Assembly: GCF_009914755.1 (NCBI RefSeq)
Contig: NC_060931.1
DNA: 64,000 bases
Origin: the human T2T-CHM13v2.0 reference genome, Homo sapiens
Reading direction: 5' to 3' (one strand)
Positions within the stretch are counted from its first letter, which is position 1. Every line of letters begins with the position of its first letter. Under the pieces are notes generated by a model. It worked only from the letters and a program-made list of their open reading frames with translations. It was not told the DNA's origin and did no database searches. Of this stretch, positions 42,315 to 54,268 are shown piece after piece. A program made the translations under genes and the position numbers.

Positions 42315-44718
42315 GGCTATGGTTTAATTGTTCCCCCCAAAGTGCATGTGTTGGAAGGTTGACCCCCAATGCAGGGATATTGGGAGGTTAAGCCTAATGG
42401 GAGGTGTTTGGGTCATAAGGGCACCACTCTCATGAAGGGATTGATGCTGTTATCTTGGAAGTGGATTCATGGTCTTGGGAGTGTATTTCTTATAAAAGCA
42501 TGAGTTTGACCCCCTCTTGCCTTCTGCCATGTTATGACACAGCAAGAAGGTCCTTACGAGATGCCAGCACCTTGATCTTGAACTTCTGTGCTTTATAAAT
42601 TACCCAGTCTCAGGTATTCTGTTACAGCAGCACAAAACAGACGAAGACAGAAAATGGGTACCAGAGAGAGCAGTGTTGCTATAGTAAATACCTGAAAATG
42701 TAGAAGTAGCTTTGGAACTGTATAATGGGTAGAAGCCTGGAAAATTTGGAGGAGTAGGCTGGGAAAAGCATGCATTGCTATGAACAGAACATTTAGGGTA
42801 ATTCTGTTGAGGGCTCAGAAGAGAAGAAATATAGGGGAAGTAGAGATTACTAAGTTGTTGTGATCAGAATGTTGGTAGAAATATGGACAATAAAGGGCAT
42901 TCTGATGAAGTCTCAGACAGAAATGAGGAATAGCTTATTAGAAACTGGAGTAAAGGCCATTCTTGTTATAAATTGGCAAAGAACTTGGCTGAATTGTTCA
43001 TGCCCTAGGGCTTTATGGAAGGCAGAATTTAAGAGTAATGGACTCGGATATCTGGTGGAAGAAATTTCTAAGCAAAATATTGAAGGAGTTGCATGGTTAC
43101 TTTTAACTGCATATAGTAAGATTAGAGAGAAGAGAAATGATTTAAAGACAGAACTTATAATTAAAGAAGAAGTAGAGCAGAAAGATTTGGGAAATCTGTG
43201 GCCTGGCCATGTAATGAACAGCCATGTAAAGGTGCTGCCAAGCAACCCTTTAATAAAGGGATTAGTACAGCTAGAAAGAAGCCAGGTGCTATTTATCAAG
43301 ACAGTGGGAGAATTACCCGAAGGTGTTTTGGAGATCTCTGAGGCTCTCCCTCCATCACAAGCCCAGAGCTCTAGGAGGGCAGAATGGTTTCAGAGGAGAG
43401 TCTCAGAGTGCCCTCCTTGGTTTCTCTGCCCAGGGCGGCCTAGGGACTCTACTCCCTGCATTCCAGTGTAGCAGTCCTCGACCACTCCAGCTGTGGCTCA
43501 AGTGGGCCCAGGTGCAGCTGGTGCTGGTGCTCCAGAAAGTATAAGGGTAATCTTTGGTGGTACCTATATGGTGCTTATTTTGTAGGCACACAAAGTACAT
43601 TAGCTGTGGGGCCATGGTAGCCTCTACCTAGATTTCAAAGGATGTGTTGGACAGCCTCAGGGCCCAGGCAGAGACATGGTACAGACAGAAGTCATAGCAG
43701 ATTTCCCACTATGGCGATGCCTGGTGGAGCCGTGGGGGTAGGGCAAACCCCACAACCCTGACCCCAGACCTATAGAGCTACTAGCATGTAGCCCCAGCCT
43801 GGGAGAGATGCAGGTATGAAACTCCAACCCATGAGAGCTCCTATGTGGGCTGAACCCAGCAAAGCTATATGGGTGAGGCTGCCTGAGACTTTGAGGGCCC
43901 AACCTCAACTCCAGTGTGTTCAGCACAAGAAGTCAAACTTTATTCTGGAGTCTTAAGATTTAGTGTTCACCCTGTTGGCTTTTTGGACTTACCTGAGACC
44001 AGCTACCCCTTTTTCCCTGCTTATTCGTCCTTTTCAAAATGGGCATGTCTATACTATGCCTGTTTTAGTTCTAGGATTATATTTTGGAAGCACATAACTT
44101 GTTTAACTTCACAGGCTCATAGCTAGAGGGAAATTTGCCTCAAGTGAATCATGCTGTTAGTCTCAACCATTTCTAATTTAGATAACATTCTGGACTTTGG
44201 ACTTTGAGTTGGGGCTGGGATGAGTGAAGAGTTTAGAGTCTATTGAGATAGATTGAATATATTTTGCATGTGAGAAAGACATGAATTTGGTGGACCAGGG
44301 ATGAAATGCTATAATTTGAAACTGTTCCCCAAAGTTCATGTGTTAGAAACTTGATCCCTAATTCAGCAGTGTTGGGAGGTGGGGCCCAGTGGGAGGTGTT
44401 TGGATCATGGTGGCACTGCCCTCATGAAAATATTAGTGCCATTATCTTAGAAGTGGGCTCATGGTTTCTGGGGCGAATTGCTTATAAAAGGATGAATTTG
44501 GCCTCTCTTGCTCTCTCTTGTGATGCTTTCCATGTGATGCTTTTCCACCATGTTATGACACAGCAAGAAGGCCCTCACAAGACACGGATGCCTTGATCTT
44601 GGATGTCCCAGGCTCCAAAGGGACGTTTTCATTCCAATGGAATGAAAAACAATTCCATTCTTTATACGTTACTGAGTCTCAGGTATTCTGTTATAACAGC
44701 ACAAAGTGGACTAAGACG
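42315..44718 (+). mobile_element. Two-LTR MaLR (MST-type) provirus: LTR 42315-42649, internal 42650-44306, LTR 44307-44718
   Basis: Two homologous LTRs, internal region starting gaaaatgggtacc, purine tract before the 3' LTR, TSD atcag/agcag. Confidence 0.92.
42860..43471 (+). pseudogene. Remnant of MaLR internal (gag-derived) ORF
   Basis: CPRALW..GLGYLVEEISKQ..VAWLLL..DLGNLWPGHV matches the MaLR-int ORF pattern; ends appear frameshifted. Confidence 0.7.
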
Positions 44719-45591
44719 AGCAGTTATGTTATTTACCCATAATCATATAATATATTAGCTGCAGAATCAAGTCTAGAATTCTGATTCCTAATTTCTAGTC
44801 CCATGTGATTTCTATTACCTAACTCCATAAAATGGATGGAAATGTCTGATTCTATAAGGAATCTCAAAGTTCCACAGAGTCAACATATAGAACACATAAA
44901 GCCAACTTTATGTGTTTTTTTAAATGTAAATGTGACTGATATCTAATAGCTAAAAATTCTTATCAAATAGCTAATTGTTACATAATTAGCACAAGTGGTA
45001 ATAATTCTAATTACTTTCTTTCAGATTTTAGAAGAGCTATGTTGAGAAGATTTGCTAGGCCTCTTTAAAATTTTATCCTAGGAAGTTTTAAATGGGGGCT
45101 TTACTTTTCTCTTGTTAAATTTTCCTTAAGCTCAGAATCCAGTATTGCCCACTGATCGATATTTTCAAAGATAGATGGCATAGCACTCAAACATTTGAAG
45201 ACATTACTAAGGCCTTGTCTTGTGAGTTTTCAGAAAGCAGAAGTCACTTATATCTTGCTCCCCTCCCCCATCATCTCAAACTATGTCGAAATCCTTCCAA
45301 AATGGCAATCTTCATGTAAAGAATTATTTAAAAGGAGCAGCCATTGGCTTCTGACTTAATATAATGGAAGGAAATTATAAGGCAGATAGTATGTGTATCA
45401 GACTGTCTCTGGGCCATGTCCAATCCGCAGCTGTGTGCCCACTTGTTGCTTCTCTTGGTTTGTAATAAATTTTAATGGGTTACATCTAGGTCAATGATAA
45501 AAAATAAGCACAATGATCATTCAATTCACTGAACTCTAAGTCTAGCTACTAGTGTTCCAACTCGTATAAAATCTGTGTTGAACTATAAATA

Positions 45592-46048
45592 CAGTAGTCC
45601 CCCCTTGTCCGTGGTTTTGCTTTCTGCAATTTCAGTTACCTGTGGCCAACCATGGCTTGAAAATATACAGTATTTTGAAAGAGAGAGAGAAGAACCACAT
45701 AACATAACTTTTATTACAATATATTGTTATTATTTTTCTATTTTATTATTCTCATAATCTCTTACTGTGCCTCATTTATAAATTAAAGCTTATCATAGAC
45801 ATGTATGAATAGGAAAAAAACATAGTATACACAGATGATTCTTGATTTACAATGTTTTGACTTAAAAATTTTCTCAGCTTTACAATGGTGGGACAGCGAT
45901 CCATGTTCTTTGACTTACAGTAGATTTATTGGGATATGACCCCATTGTAAGTGGAGGAGTATCTTTTAGGATTTGGTACTACCTGTGGTTTCAGGCATCT
46001 ACTGGGAGTCTTGGAACATATTTCCCATGGATAAGGGGGAAACTACTG
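45592..46048 (+). mobile_element. MER44A (TcMar-Tigger), interrupted
   Basis: TIRs cagtagtccccc.../...gggggaaactactg, TA flanks. Confidence 0.88.
45832..45965 (-). mobile_element. Short MER47-family element nested in MER44A
   Basis: cagatgattcttgatttac...tttattgggatatgaccccattgtaagtggaggagtatct = antisense MER47 start; compare 17070. Confidence 0.75.
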
Positions 46049-46194
46049 TACAATTGTAGGACTTCAGTATGTAATTAGGAAAAGAAAAATTAATTTGTTT
46101 TCATAAACAAATAGATCATTATAGTTTACATCTGTAAACAATCATGGTATTCTTCTGTCAAAACCTTTCCATATCTTCTTATTAGTTACAAAAT

Positions 46195-46700
46195 ACAATC
46201 TAAACTATAGAGCATGGTCTTCAAGGCAATTCAGTCTGATGCCTCAACCTGTCCATCAACCCCATCAACTGTATTGTTTCACTTCAACCCCAGATGCTAA
46301 TCACTCCATATCATCCAGACTGCCTTGAACGCTGTATGCATTTCATGAATCTGTACCTTTCCCAAGCTGCTTCCGCAGTTAAAATTCTCTGATCCTTTGA
46401 GACTCAGTTCAAGTATCTATGATCCTAGGAAATCTCTTCAACACCCCCTCTTTGTCCCCTCTCGTCTCAGCAGAATCCATTGTTTCTTCTTCATTAAAGT
46501 TCCCATAGCATCTAATTCTATTTTTATGAAAGCATTTCTCAGTCACACCTTTTTTGCCATTTCTGTTTCTGTTTCCCTCCCCAAATGGTGAATCACTAGA
46601 GGAAGTCAAGGATCATCTTATAGTATCCTTGTGTCTCAAGAGTTTAGTCTACCCCTCCACATGTTTGGTACCCATTAAATGTTTCTTTAATTGGATTTAT
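46195..46700 (+). mobile_element. L2 fragment
   Basis: agcatggtcttcaaggc...gactcagttcaagt...ctaggaaatct...taaatgttt. Confidence 0.65.
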
Positions 46701-46798
46701 GTAAGAGCTTAAGAGTATTTCCCATGATTTCATTTGATGCCCATAGAAACTCCATTAAGCAGGATGGTAACTGACTCCATTAAAGCAAGTAATCCAAC

Positions 46799-46968
46799 TG
46801 TTTTAGGCTTCTCCAAAGAGAGAGAGAGAAGCAATAGGATGGATGGATAGATGGATGGATGGATGGATGGATGGATGGATGGATGGATGGATGGATAGAT
46901 AGATAAGGAATTTATTAGGGGAATTGGCTCATACAATTATGAAAGCTAAGTCCCACAACAGGCCCTCT
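46799..46968 (-). mobile_element. MLT2B-like LTR, 3' end only
   Basis: ttctccaaagaga...atttattaggggaattggctca...tcccacaacaggccctct. Confidence 0.8.
46837..46904. repeat. (GGAT)3 AGAT (GGAT)11 (AGAT)2 tetranucleotide STR
   Basis: Counted directly. Confidence 0.95.
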
Positions 46969-46985
46969 TTTTGTTAAATCCTTTT

Positions 46986-47549
46986 TGTATTAGTTAAGGG
47001 CCTCCAGAGAGACAGAACCAATAGAAGATATACATCTGTATCTGTACATATGAGAAGAGATTTATTAGGAGAATTGGCTCATGCAATTGGGAGGTTGAGA
47101 AATCCTACGCTAGGCTCTCTGCAAGCTGGAGAACCAGGGAAGCTGGTAGCATGGCTCAGTCTAATCTGAAGGCCTCAGAACCGGGAAAATTATTGGTGTA
47201 ACTCTTAGTCTGAGGCTGAAGGCCTGAGAACCCAGGTGGCCATTATGCAAGTTCAAGTCCAAAGGCCAGACAGCCTGGAGTTCTGATGGCCAAGGACAGG
47301 AGAAGGAGAGTGTCAGCGCTCTGGGAGAGACAAAAAAAGAATTTGTCTTCTGCCTTTTGTTATCTCTGGGACCTCAGCAAATTGGATCATGCCTGCCCAC
47401 ATGAGGGAGGATCTTCCTCACTCAGTCCACCAATTCACACCCCAATCTCCTCTGGAAAGACCCTTGCAGACACACCCAGAAATAATTTTTACCAACTCTC
47501 CAGGTATTTCTTAATCCAGTCAAGCTGACTCCTTAATTTAACCATCACA
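46986..47549 (-). mobile_element. MLT2B-like ERVL solo LTR
   Basis: tgtattag...ctccagagagacagaaccaatag...aatttaaccatcaca. Confidence 0.9.
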
Positions 47550-48882
47550 GCAACTGGGCACCAAAAACAGATTAGTGATTTACCTCCAGGTCATGTGGTC
47601 AGTCAATGGCAGGACCAGTACCAACCCCTAGGTTTTCCAATCCTCCATCGCATACTTTGCACCATCGTTGCTCAGCACCTACTGAGAAGTGGGGACATGG
47701 TAAAGAGCTAAGGATGCTTGCAACCCAATATTCATGTCACTTCTTGAGGTTTCAGCAGCTTTTTCATGCATGCATTGGCTCCATGGTCACATACAAGAAC
47801 CCTCTGCTTTCTCATCTAAGAGTTTCAGAGATGCCAAAGTAACAGGATTGAGGCTGAACAATCACCTTCATTTCTAATGTTTTTCCTCACAAACCAATTC
47901 AGAAATTCAGAAAACATCTTACTATAGTAGTTGTTTCCTGAATTACTAAATGGAAGCTTTATTAGGAAGTATTCTCTGTTCTTTCTACCAAGGCAGCTTT
48001 GTTCCTTGGGCATAAACAAAACTATCCCTTCTCTCTCTAAATTGACCACAGAGCCAACCTTATATAAATTAGAACTTGTTAGTTTTGGCTTCAGATGCCG
48101 GCTCTTTCTCTTGAGGTTTTCACCTACTTAAAATTCACTTGTTGCCCTTTAAATTCACATCTAGCTTAAGGCAAATGTTTGAATTTCTAAAATAAAACCA
48201 TGTGCCCAAAATAAGCTTAGGGAAAAAATAACTGAAATAAATGGAAAATTCTCCAAAATAAGCAAAAGCATTAAAATGATAATGCTTTAACTTTCTGAAC
48301 TAAACTGAAAATAATGTATGCTCAAGATAAGCTTACAACCACGGAGAGATCTCTCTTCTACAAAGCCTTAAAGAAAAAGCAGGAAATTACCTCAGATGAA
48401 ACTTCATTACATGGCATTTCCATTCCCAGGATCCATCCTCAGACACGTTGACTTAATTGCTCTGGAAAAGAGCCCCAGCATCAATATTTTTCAACTTTCT
48501 AGGTGGTTCTAATGTCGGTCACAATCAAGAAATGACATGAACAATATTCTGAATCATTTCAGTAGATGTTGACTGCATGACTGTGCTTTCTACCAGTCCT
48601 ATCCCACACCCCGCCTTTTTCCTAAAATAGGTATGCATGCAGTGTGTGCTCTGCACACATGCACATACACAAACACACACACAGTTTCATTCATTTGTAT
48701 ATTCATTCAATCAATAAGTTGAATTTTGCCTTCGTGCAAGGAACCATGACTATCAGCACAAACAAGAAACTATTCCTGACCCCAAGAGATTCCCAGTCTA
48801 GGTGTGGAGAATATGAAGCACAGAAATGGGAACAACTCTAGGTAGGAAATGGAAAGAGAGCAAATTTTTTTTTTTAAGAGGC

Positions 48883-48953
48883 AGCTGGGCACAGTGGCTC
48901 ACACCTGTAATCCCAGCACTTTGGGATGCTGAGGCAGGAGGATCATTGGAGGC
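48883..48953 (+). mobile_element. 3'-truncated Alu/FLAM fragment
   Basis: First about 70 nt of an Alu, no poly-A. Confidence 0.85.
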
Positions 48954-50123
48954 AAAATCAAGTGTACCTAACAGTTTTAGAAAATTGTACATCGTATACT
49001 TCCACTTTCCATCGTGACTTCTGTTCATAGTTTATAGATGTACAACATAAAGACATAATTCCTAAATAAACAAAGCTTCTGTGAAAGCATAATGTGACTC
49101 TGCAGGCCTGCTGGCCTGTCTTATTATTGATCTGAAAACAAGATTGACACTACTGTGATTATTCTTTAGTGGGAAGGGACATTCATACTTATTTAGCCAT
49201 TGCTATGCTTTCAGGCAAATCAACCCCTCAGTAACTCCAGGCAAATGAATATAGGCCTTTCATAAAAAGTGTCTTGGAGAGAAAGCCCACAACTGCAATT
49301 AACAGGAAATAGCTGATGCAGTGTGACAGCAAGTCCCCAAACCCTTAATGGAAGGATTGACTGTCATGTGCATGGAGATGTGGTTAGAGAGGAAATAAGT
49401 TACTGGGTTTTGTAAGGCACCAACTTGAAAAACATGAAAAGCTGTGGCAGGCCACAAACATGGAGCCCATTTGGAGTAGAGGCAGGCAAGTAGAACGGAG
49501 AACCGTGGCATTTCAACCCTAGATTAATCTGAGTGTCGCTTTTGCTGCCACTACTTAACAAGAGTAGCTGTAGAGAGTGAAACATTTTTCCTAAAATGTC
49601 ATATTTTCTCTGGTAGCTCCTGTTTTCTTCTTTGTATCACATTATAGCTCCACAAAGTTCATGCAAATGCATAACTAAATTTTGATTATGAGAGGTCTCA
49701 GAATGCAACTTGTTTATGGGAAGAATATCATTAGTATAGTTTCAGGCAATTCCTTGCAAACTATCCCCAGTTTAAAACAGTCACACCTTAGTCAACAAGC
49801 ATCTATTGAGCAACCCACTTTCGACCTGGCATTATGGTAGGTGCAAAGGCTAAAAAAAGGTAGAATGAGATAGAACCTCCACGGAATATATACAATAACA
49901 AATTATTTTTTTAAAAAACTGGATATAACTTGAGAAACTCTTCTGTACAGACATTCTGGAGTGAGCTGCAATCCATCATTATTCAGAAATGCATTCATGC
50001 ATTACACCTTTGTCAAGCCAAGTTCCAGGTTCTGTGCTTGGTGCTGGGAAGATTGAAAGGTCAGCTGAAGTTACAGAAGGCCACGATGCCAGCACAGCTG
50101 CTGCCTACTCTTTCGCCTGATTT

Positions 50124-50412
50124 ATTTCTGTTATTTCTTTTACAATTGTGATTAAAAAAACACATAACACCAAATTGACGATCTTAACCATTTTTAAGCA
50201 CAAGCAGAGTCACGTTCAGTGACTCCACTTCAGTCAAGTTCAGTAGCATTAAGTAGAGTCACGTTTACGTGCATCTGGTCTCCACAACTCTTTCATCTTG
50301 CAAACCCAAACTCTATACCATGAAGTATCCAAAGTACTCATATGTATCAAAACAGAGAGTAGGTGGTTGCCAGGTTGCCAGGGCATGGTGGAGGGGGAAG
50401 GGAGGAGTTGTT
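50124..50412 (-). mobile_element. L1MB 3' end with 5' inversion
   Basis: 50124-50320 antisense 3' end; 50321-50412 the adjacent upstream segment in opposite orientation; TSD gcctgattt(a/c)ttt. Confidence 0.8.
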
Positions 50413-52129
50413 GCCTGATTTCTTTTTAAAGCTCAGTCTTCCCTTTGGCTTCTGGTTCTAAGCGTGTTAGCATCACGGCCCCTTTTCATTATCCTAAAGG
50501 ACAGACCCAGCCCTGGTTCTGCAGGTGCTGAATTCTACTTGACTCCAAAGAGGCTCAGCCTCTACCTGCACCCAGGTTCTGCTAACTTGGTCTACCCTCT
50601 GTTGTTTTTCCTCTCTGTTTTGTTCCCATTTGTAAGATCTCTGCCAAACTTACTTATTTGCTGCTTTTCACAGACACTAGACCATACCACCTCCTGGGTA
50701 TTCACGATCCATGCCTGGCCCAGCTGACTGTTCTCTTATTCCAGGCTGTTCGCTGTTTACCTCGTCCCTCTTCAGCATCCTCAATATGCCTGCATAATGC
50801 ATATCCATTTTTCTCCCCAAATTAAAAGCTATGGCCACTGTATGTTGAAAAATGCTTAAAACCCCACCTAAACATTCCAGGAAGCAGGAAGCCATGAATG
50901 ACTTTAAACCAAGAACAGTCTCAAAAATGTTGTGGTTTCCAGTATGTGAGTCTCGGACTTCAGCATATTGCTGTTCATATGCCACACAAATGTTCTGTAA
51001 AGTCCCATTGAGAATTATGTGCAAATTTAAATGCTCTCCAGACAATTTCAAATATCAGCTTTGATGCAAGACTTCACCTGCTAAAAGCATCTCTTTATGG
51101 TTTGACACTACATCTCTGACATTTTGACGTGATACATATTCCATCAGCCTGATACATTGCCACCTCCCAGTGAGTCACAGTGTCACTAACTCAGAATTAA
51201 ATATGTTGCTAAACCACTTTACAGCCCTTGCAAAGCACATAAAGGCTGTTTGACAATTACCCCCAGGAAGGCAAATAATCAGTACACCTCTGATTCTCTT
51301 ATTATTAACCATTATAAAATCATGTGCTGTGATCAAGGTGTGTAACAAAGACATTGATTTTTATAAGACTACCCAGGAAGCAAATACATATTCTTGATAT
51401 ACGAAACACACAGGAGGCCTCTTCATTTTCCTTTGTGTCTTTAATTTGCTCAGAGCTGCTCCTCATACAGCACTGGCTTTCACCTGTCAAGCTAAGGCTT
51501 TAATTACTGAGTTATGGAAAAATCATTGCCAATTGCCTTAACTACAATAATAAAGAATATCTTACAAAGGATAAGAAATCTTTTTTCTTCGGCTCTGTAG
51601 TTAAAAGACTAGTTCTAGTTTTAATCTGAACTTTTCTATTTCTCTCCCTATATTTCCCTTTCTTCCTATTTTAATTGCTGGTTAGATAATTAAGTAGGTA
51701 CCTGACCTGCACCAAATGTGCTTGGGAAAGTCTCTCGTATTTTCGTTTTGCTTTGTTTTGTTTCTGCATGCCATTGAAACCCCTGTGTTAATTATTCTTT
51801 CCTTACTTGAAGTATCTTATACAACCTTTCTTCACCAGTATCCTTTTCACTAGGCCAAATACTTATTTTGGAGTCTCAAGGATGATTTTCTAAATCTTTT
51901 CATAACCGCTTTTAGCCCTTACTCAGTTTTATTGTGCCTGCCCCTCATTGCACAAAGGGATATATTTGACTATTCCATGGCATATTTGACTTTGTAATTC
52001 GTAAATTATTTTTCATGTCTTACATGGTTAAAGATACGTTTCACTTGAGCTTGTAACAGACATAAAAATGACCCATGGTAAACCTGTCGTATTAGAAAAT
52101 CAAACAAAAAGCATAAGGAGATAACACAG

Positions 52130-52224
52130 TAAAAATGAAAAGAGTACAAGCTTTAGACCCGTGTGGATCCGAGTTCATATCTAACTTGGCCAACTAATAG
52201 CTTGTTAATTATGTTACCTTAGGT
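52130..52224 (+). mobile_element. MIR 5' part interrupted by MER54
   Basis: aaagagtacaagcttt...gagttcatatc...tgttaccttagg, resuming ccttaggcaa at 53668. Confidence 0.6.
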
Positions 52225-52439
52225 TGTATTTTTTTTTTTTTTTTTCTAATTTAGTCTCGGGGTCTCCGTGTTCTAGCTCCGACCCAAGGGGGTTCCCGGG
52301 ACGTGGTTGTGGATGTTCAGTGTGCCTTTAACTGGATACTTCTTTATCCTGGCAGACGGCCTGATGCCCAGGTGTGACTTGTGGCCAGGTGTCCCACAAA
52401 CAGGAAAACCTGTTTACACTGGCAGATGGCCTTGTGGCG

Positions 52440-52805
52440 TGCTATAGTCTGAATGTCTCTATCCTCCTAAAATCCGTAAATTGAAACCTCATTCCTAACG
52501 TGATGGTGTTAATAAGTGGGGCCTTTGGGAGATGATTAGGTAATGAGGGCAGAGCCTTCATGAACAGGATTAGTGCCCAGACAAAAGAGGCCCAAGGAAG
52601 CTTGTCCACCTTTGTGCCATGTGAGGACACTGCTGGAAGGCACCATCTATGAAGCAGAGAGTCGGCCCTCATCAGACACCAAATCTACTGCTACCTCTGT
52701 CTCGGGCTTCCCAGCCTCCAGAACTGTAAGCAATCTGCTGTTGTTGTTGTTTACAAATTACCCAGTCTAAGATATTTTTTATGGCAGCCCAAACAGACTG
52801 AGACA
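52440..52805 (+). mobile_element. MLT1A0-like LTR nested in MER54
   Basis: tgctatagtctgaatg...gactgagaca; TSD tggcg/tggct. Confidence 0.92.
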
Positions 52806-52830
52806 TGGCTTTTGTCTGCTCTGTGTCTAG

Positions 52831-53013
52831 TGTATGTTTTGTTTTGGTTCGGTTTTAAGTTTGTTTGGTTTTTGGTTTTTGGTTTCGCTTTGTTTTTGTA
52901 GACAACATCTTACTATGTTGCCCAGACTGGTCTTAAACTCCTAGACTCAAGCAATCCTTCGCCTCAGCCTCTCAAAGTGCTGAGATGACAGGCGGGAGCC
53001 ACCACGCCCAGCC
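52831..53013 (-). mobile_element. FLAM nested in MER54
   Basis: Antisense monomer, (GTTTT)n tail; TSD gc(t/c)ctgtgtctag. Confidence 0.9.
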
Positions 53014-54106
53014 GCCCTGTGTCTAGCTTATTCCTACCAAGAGAATCACTCTCTGTGAAAGCTCTGAGCAGAAGGAGAGTTAGGTTCGCGTGTGTTGCTC
53101 AGGTGAGACAAAGAGGAGATCATACAGCAAAACACATGAAATAACAGAAGCAGCGTTTGACTCACAGATCCAGAGCAGAGAGGGCAGCCTGCCTCTCAGG
53201 GCCAACAGGAAAGGGGAGCTGTCCTGGACACGCAGGCTCCACCAGTGTGGGGAGCAAAAGAGATCACAAGAGACCTCAGGGCCTAAGACTTTGTTGGGGT
53301 CTCAGGAGTTACCCAAGCAGGTTTCCTGCTGAGAGTTCTAATGGGGGCGGGTGGTGGGGGGCGTTACAGCAACAATTACCAGTTTCATGGAGCCACACTG
53401 TGCCTGAGCGGTAGTAACTGTGGCATCTCCATGCAGTCCATGCAGCGGGAGGGGTCTTGGGCGTGAGTCAGGTAGGTTGTATTGAGCTGTCCCCTAGGGG
53501 AGGTGGGCACTAGCAGATACCTGGATTGACCGCCTTGAGGAGCTAGGAGGAAGCAGAGAACTAGAAATCATGTCAAGATTCACTAAGCCCTGCATCTGCT
53601 ATGAGAAAGTCCAACTTACAATCAAAATGGATGCCCAGGCAACATAAAATTGTAAGATTTCGCTACGCCTTAGGCAATGAAACTTGGCTGCCTTCCAGTG
53701 AATATTTACTGAGCGTCTAGCTTATTTGAGAAACCATAATAGACACTACAGGGACTGCGAAGAATGGGAAATAAACCAATTACACAATCACCCACACAGC
53801 AGCGATACAAGGCCAGCCATATCAAACAACCCAACAGATAAACAGTTCATATGTTATATGGTGTCAGAAGTAAGACACATCAAAAAATGGTAAAATACGT
53901 TTGATACTACTGTCCTTATAAAATCACCAACCATAGGAAAAATGATTTTTATTAATGACAGGGATATAATGAAAATAGTTTATGTGTGAAAACACATAAG
54001 TAATTACATAATACATTATGATCAAAATTAGATACAGCATTGCTGGGCAAGACCTTTTTCTCCTCTAATGCTGTCCTTCAATATTATTACCAAAATATAG
54101 CACCAG

Positions 54107-54268
54107 TTTTTGTTTTTGTTTGAGGCAGGGTCTCACTCTGTTGCCCAGGCTGGAATGCAGTAATATGATCATGGCTCACTGCAGCCTCAACCTCCTGGGC
54201 TCAAGTAGTCCTCCCATTTCAGCCTTCCAAAGTGCTGGGATTACACTCGTGAGCCATTGTGCCCAGCC
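54107..54268 (-). mobile_element. FRAM-like Alu monomer
   Basis: Single about 160-nt monomer containing the right-arm insert. Confidence 0.85.

Larger units (their letters stand above)
52225..53667 (-). mobile_element. MER54-family ERVL LTR interrupted by MLT1A and FLAM
   Basis: Reverse complement begins cgtagcgaaatcttacaattttatgttgcctgggcatccattttga (MER54 from memory) and ends ...taca. Confidence 0.78.
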
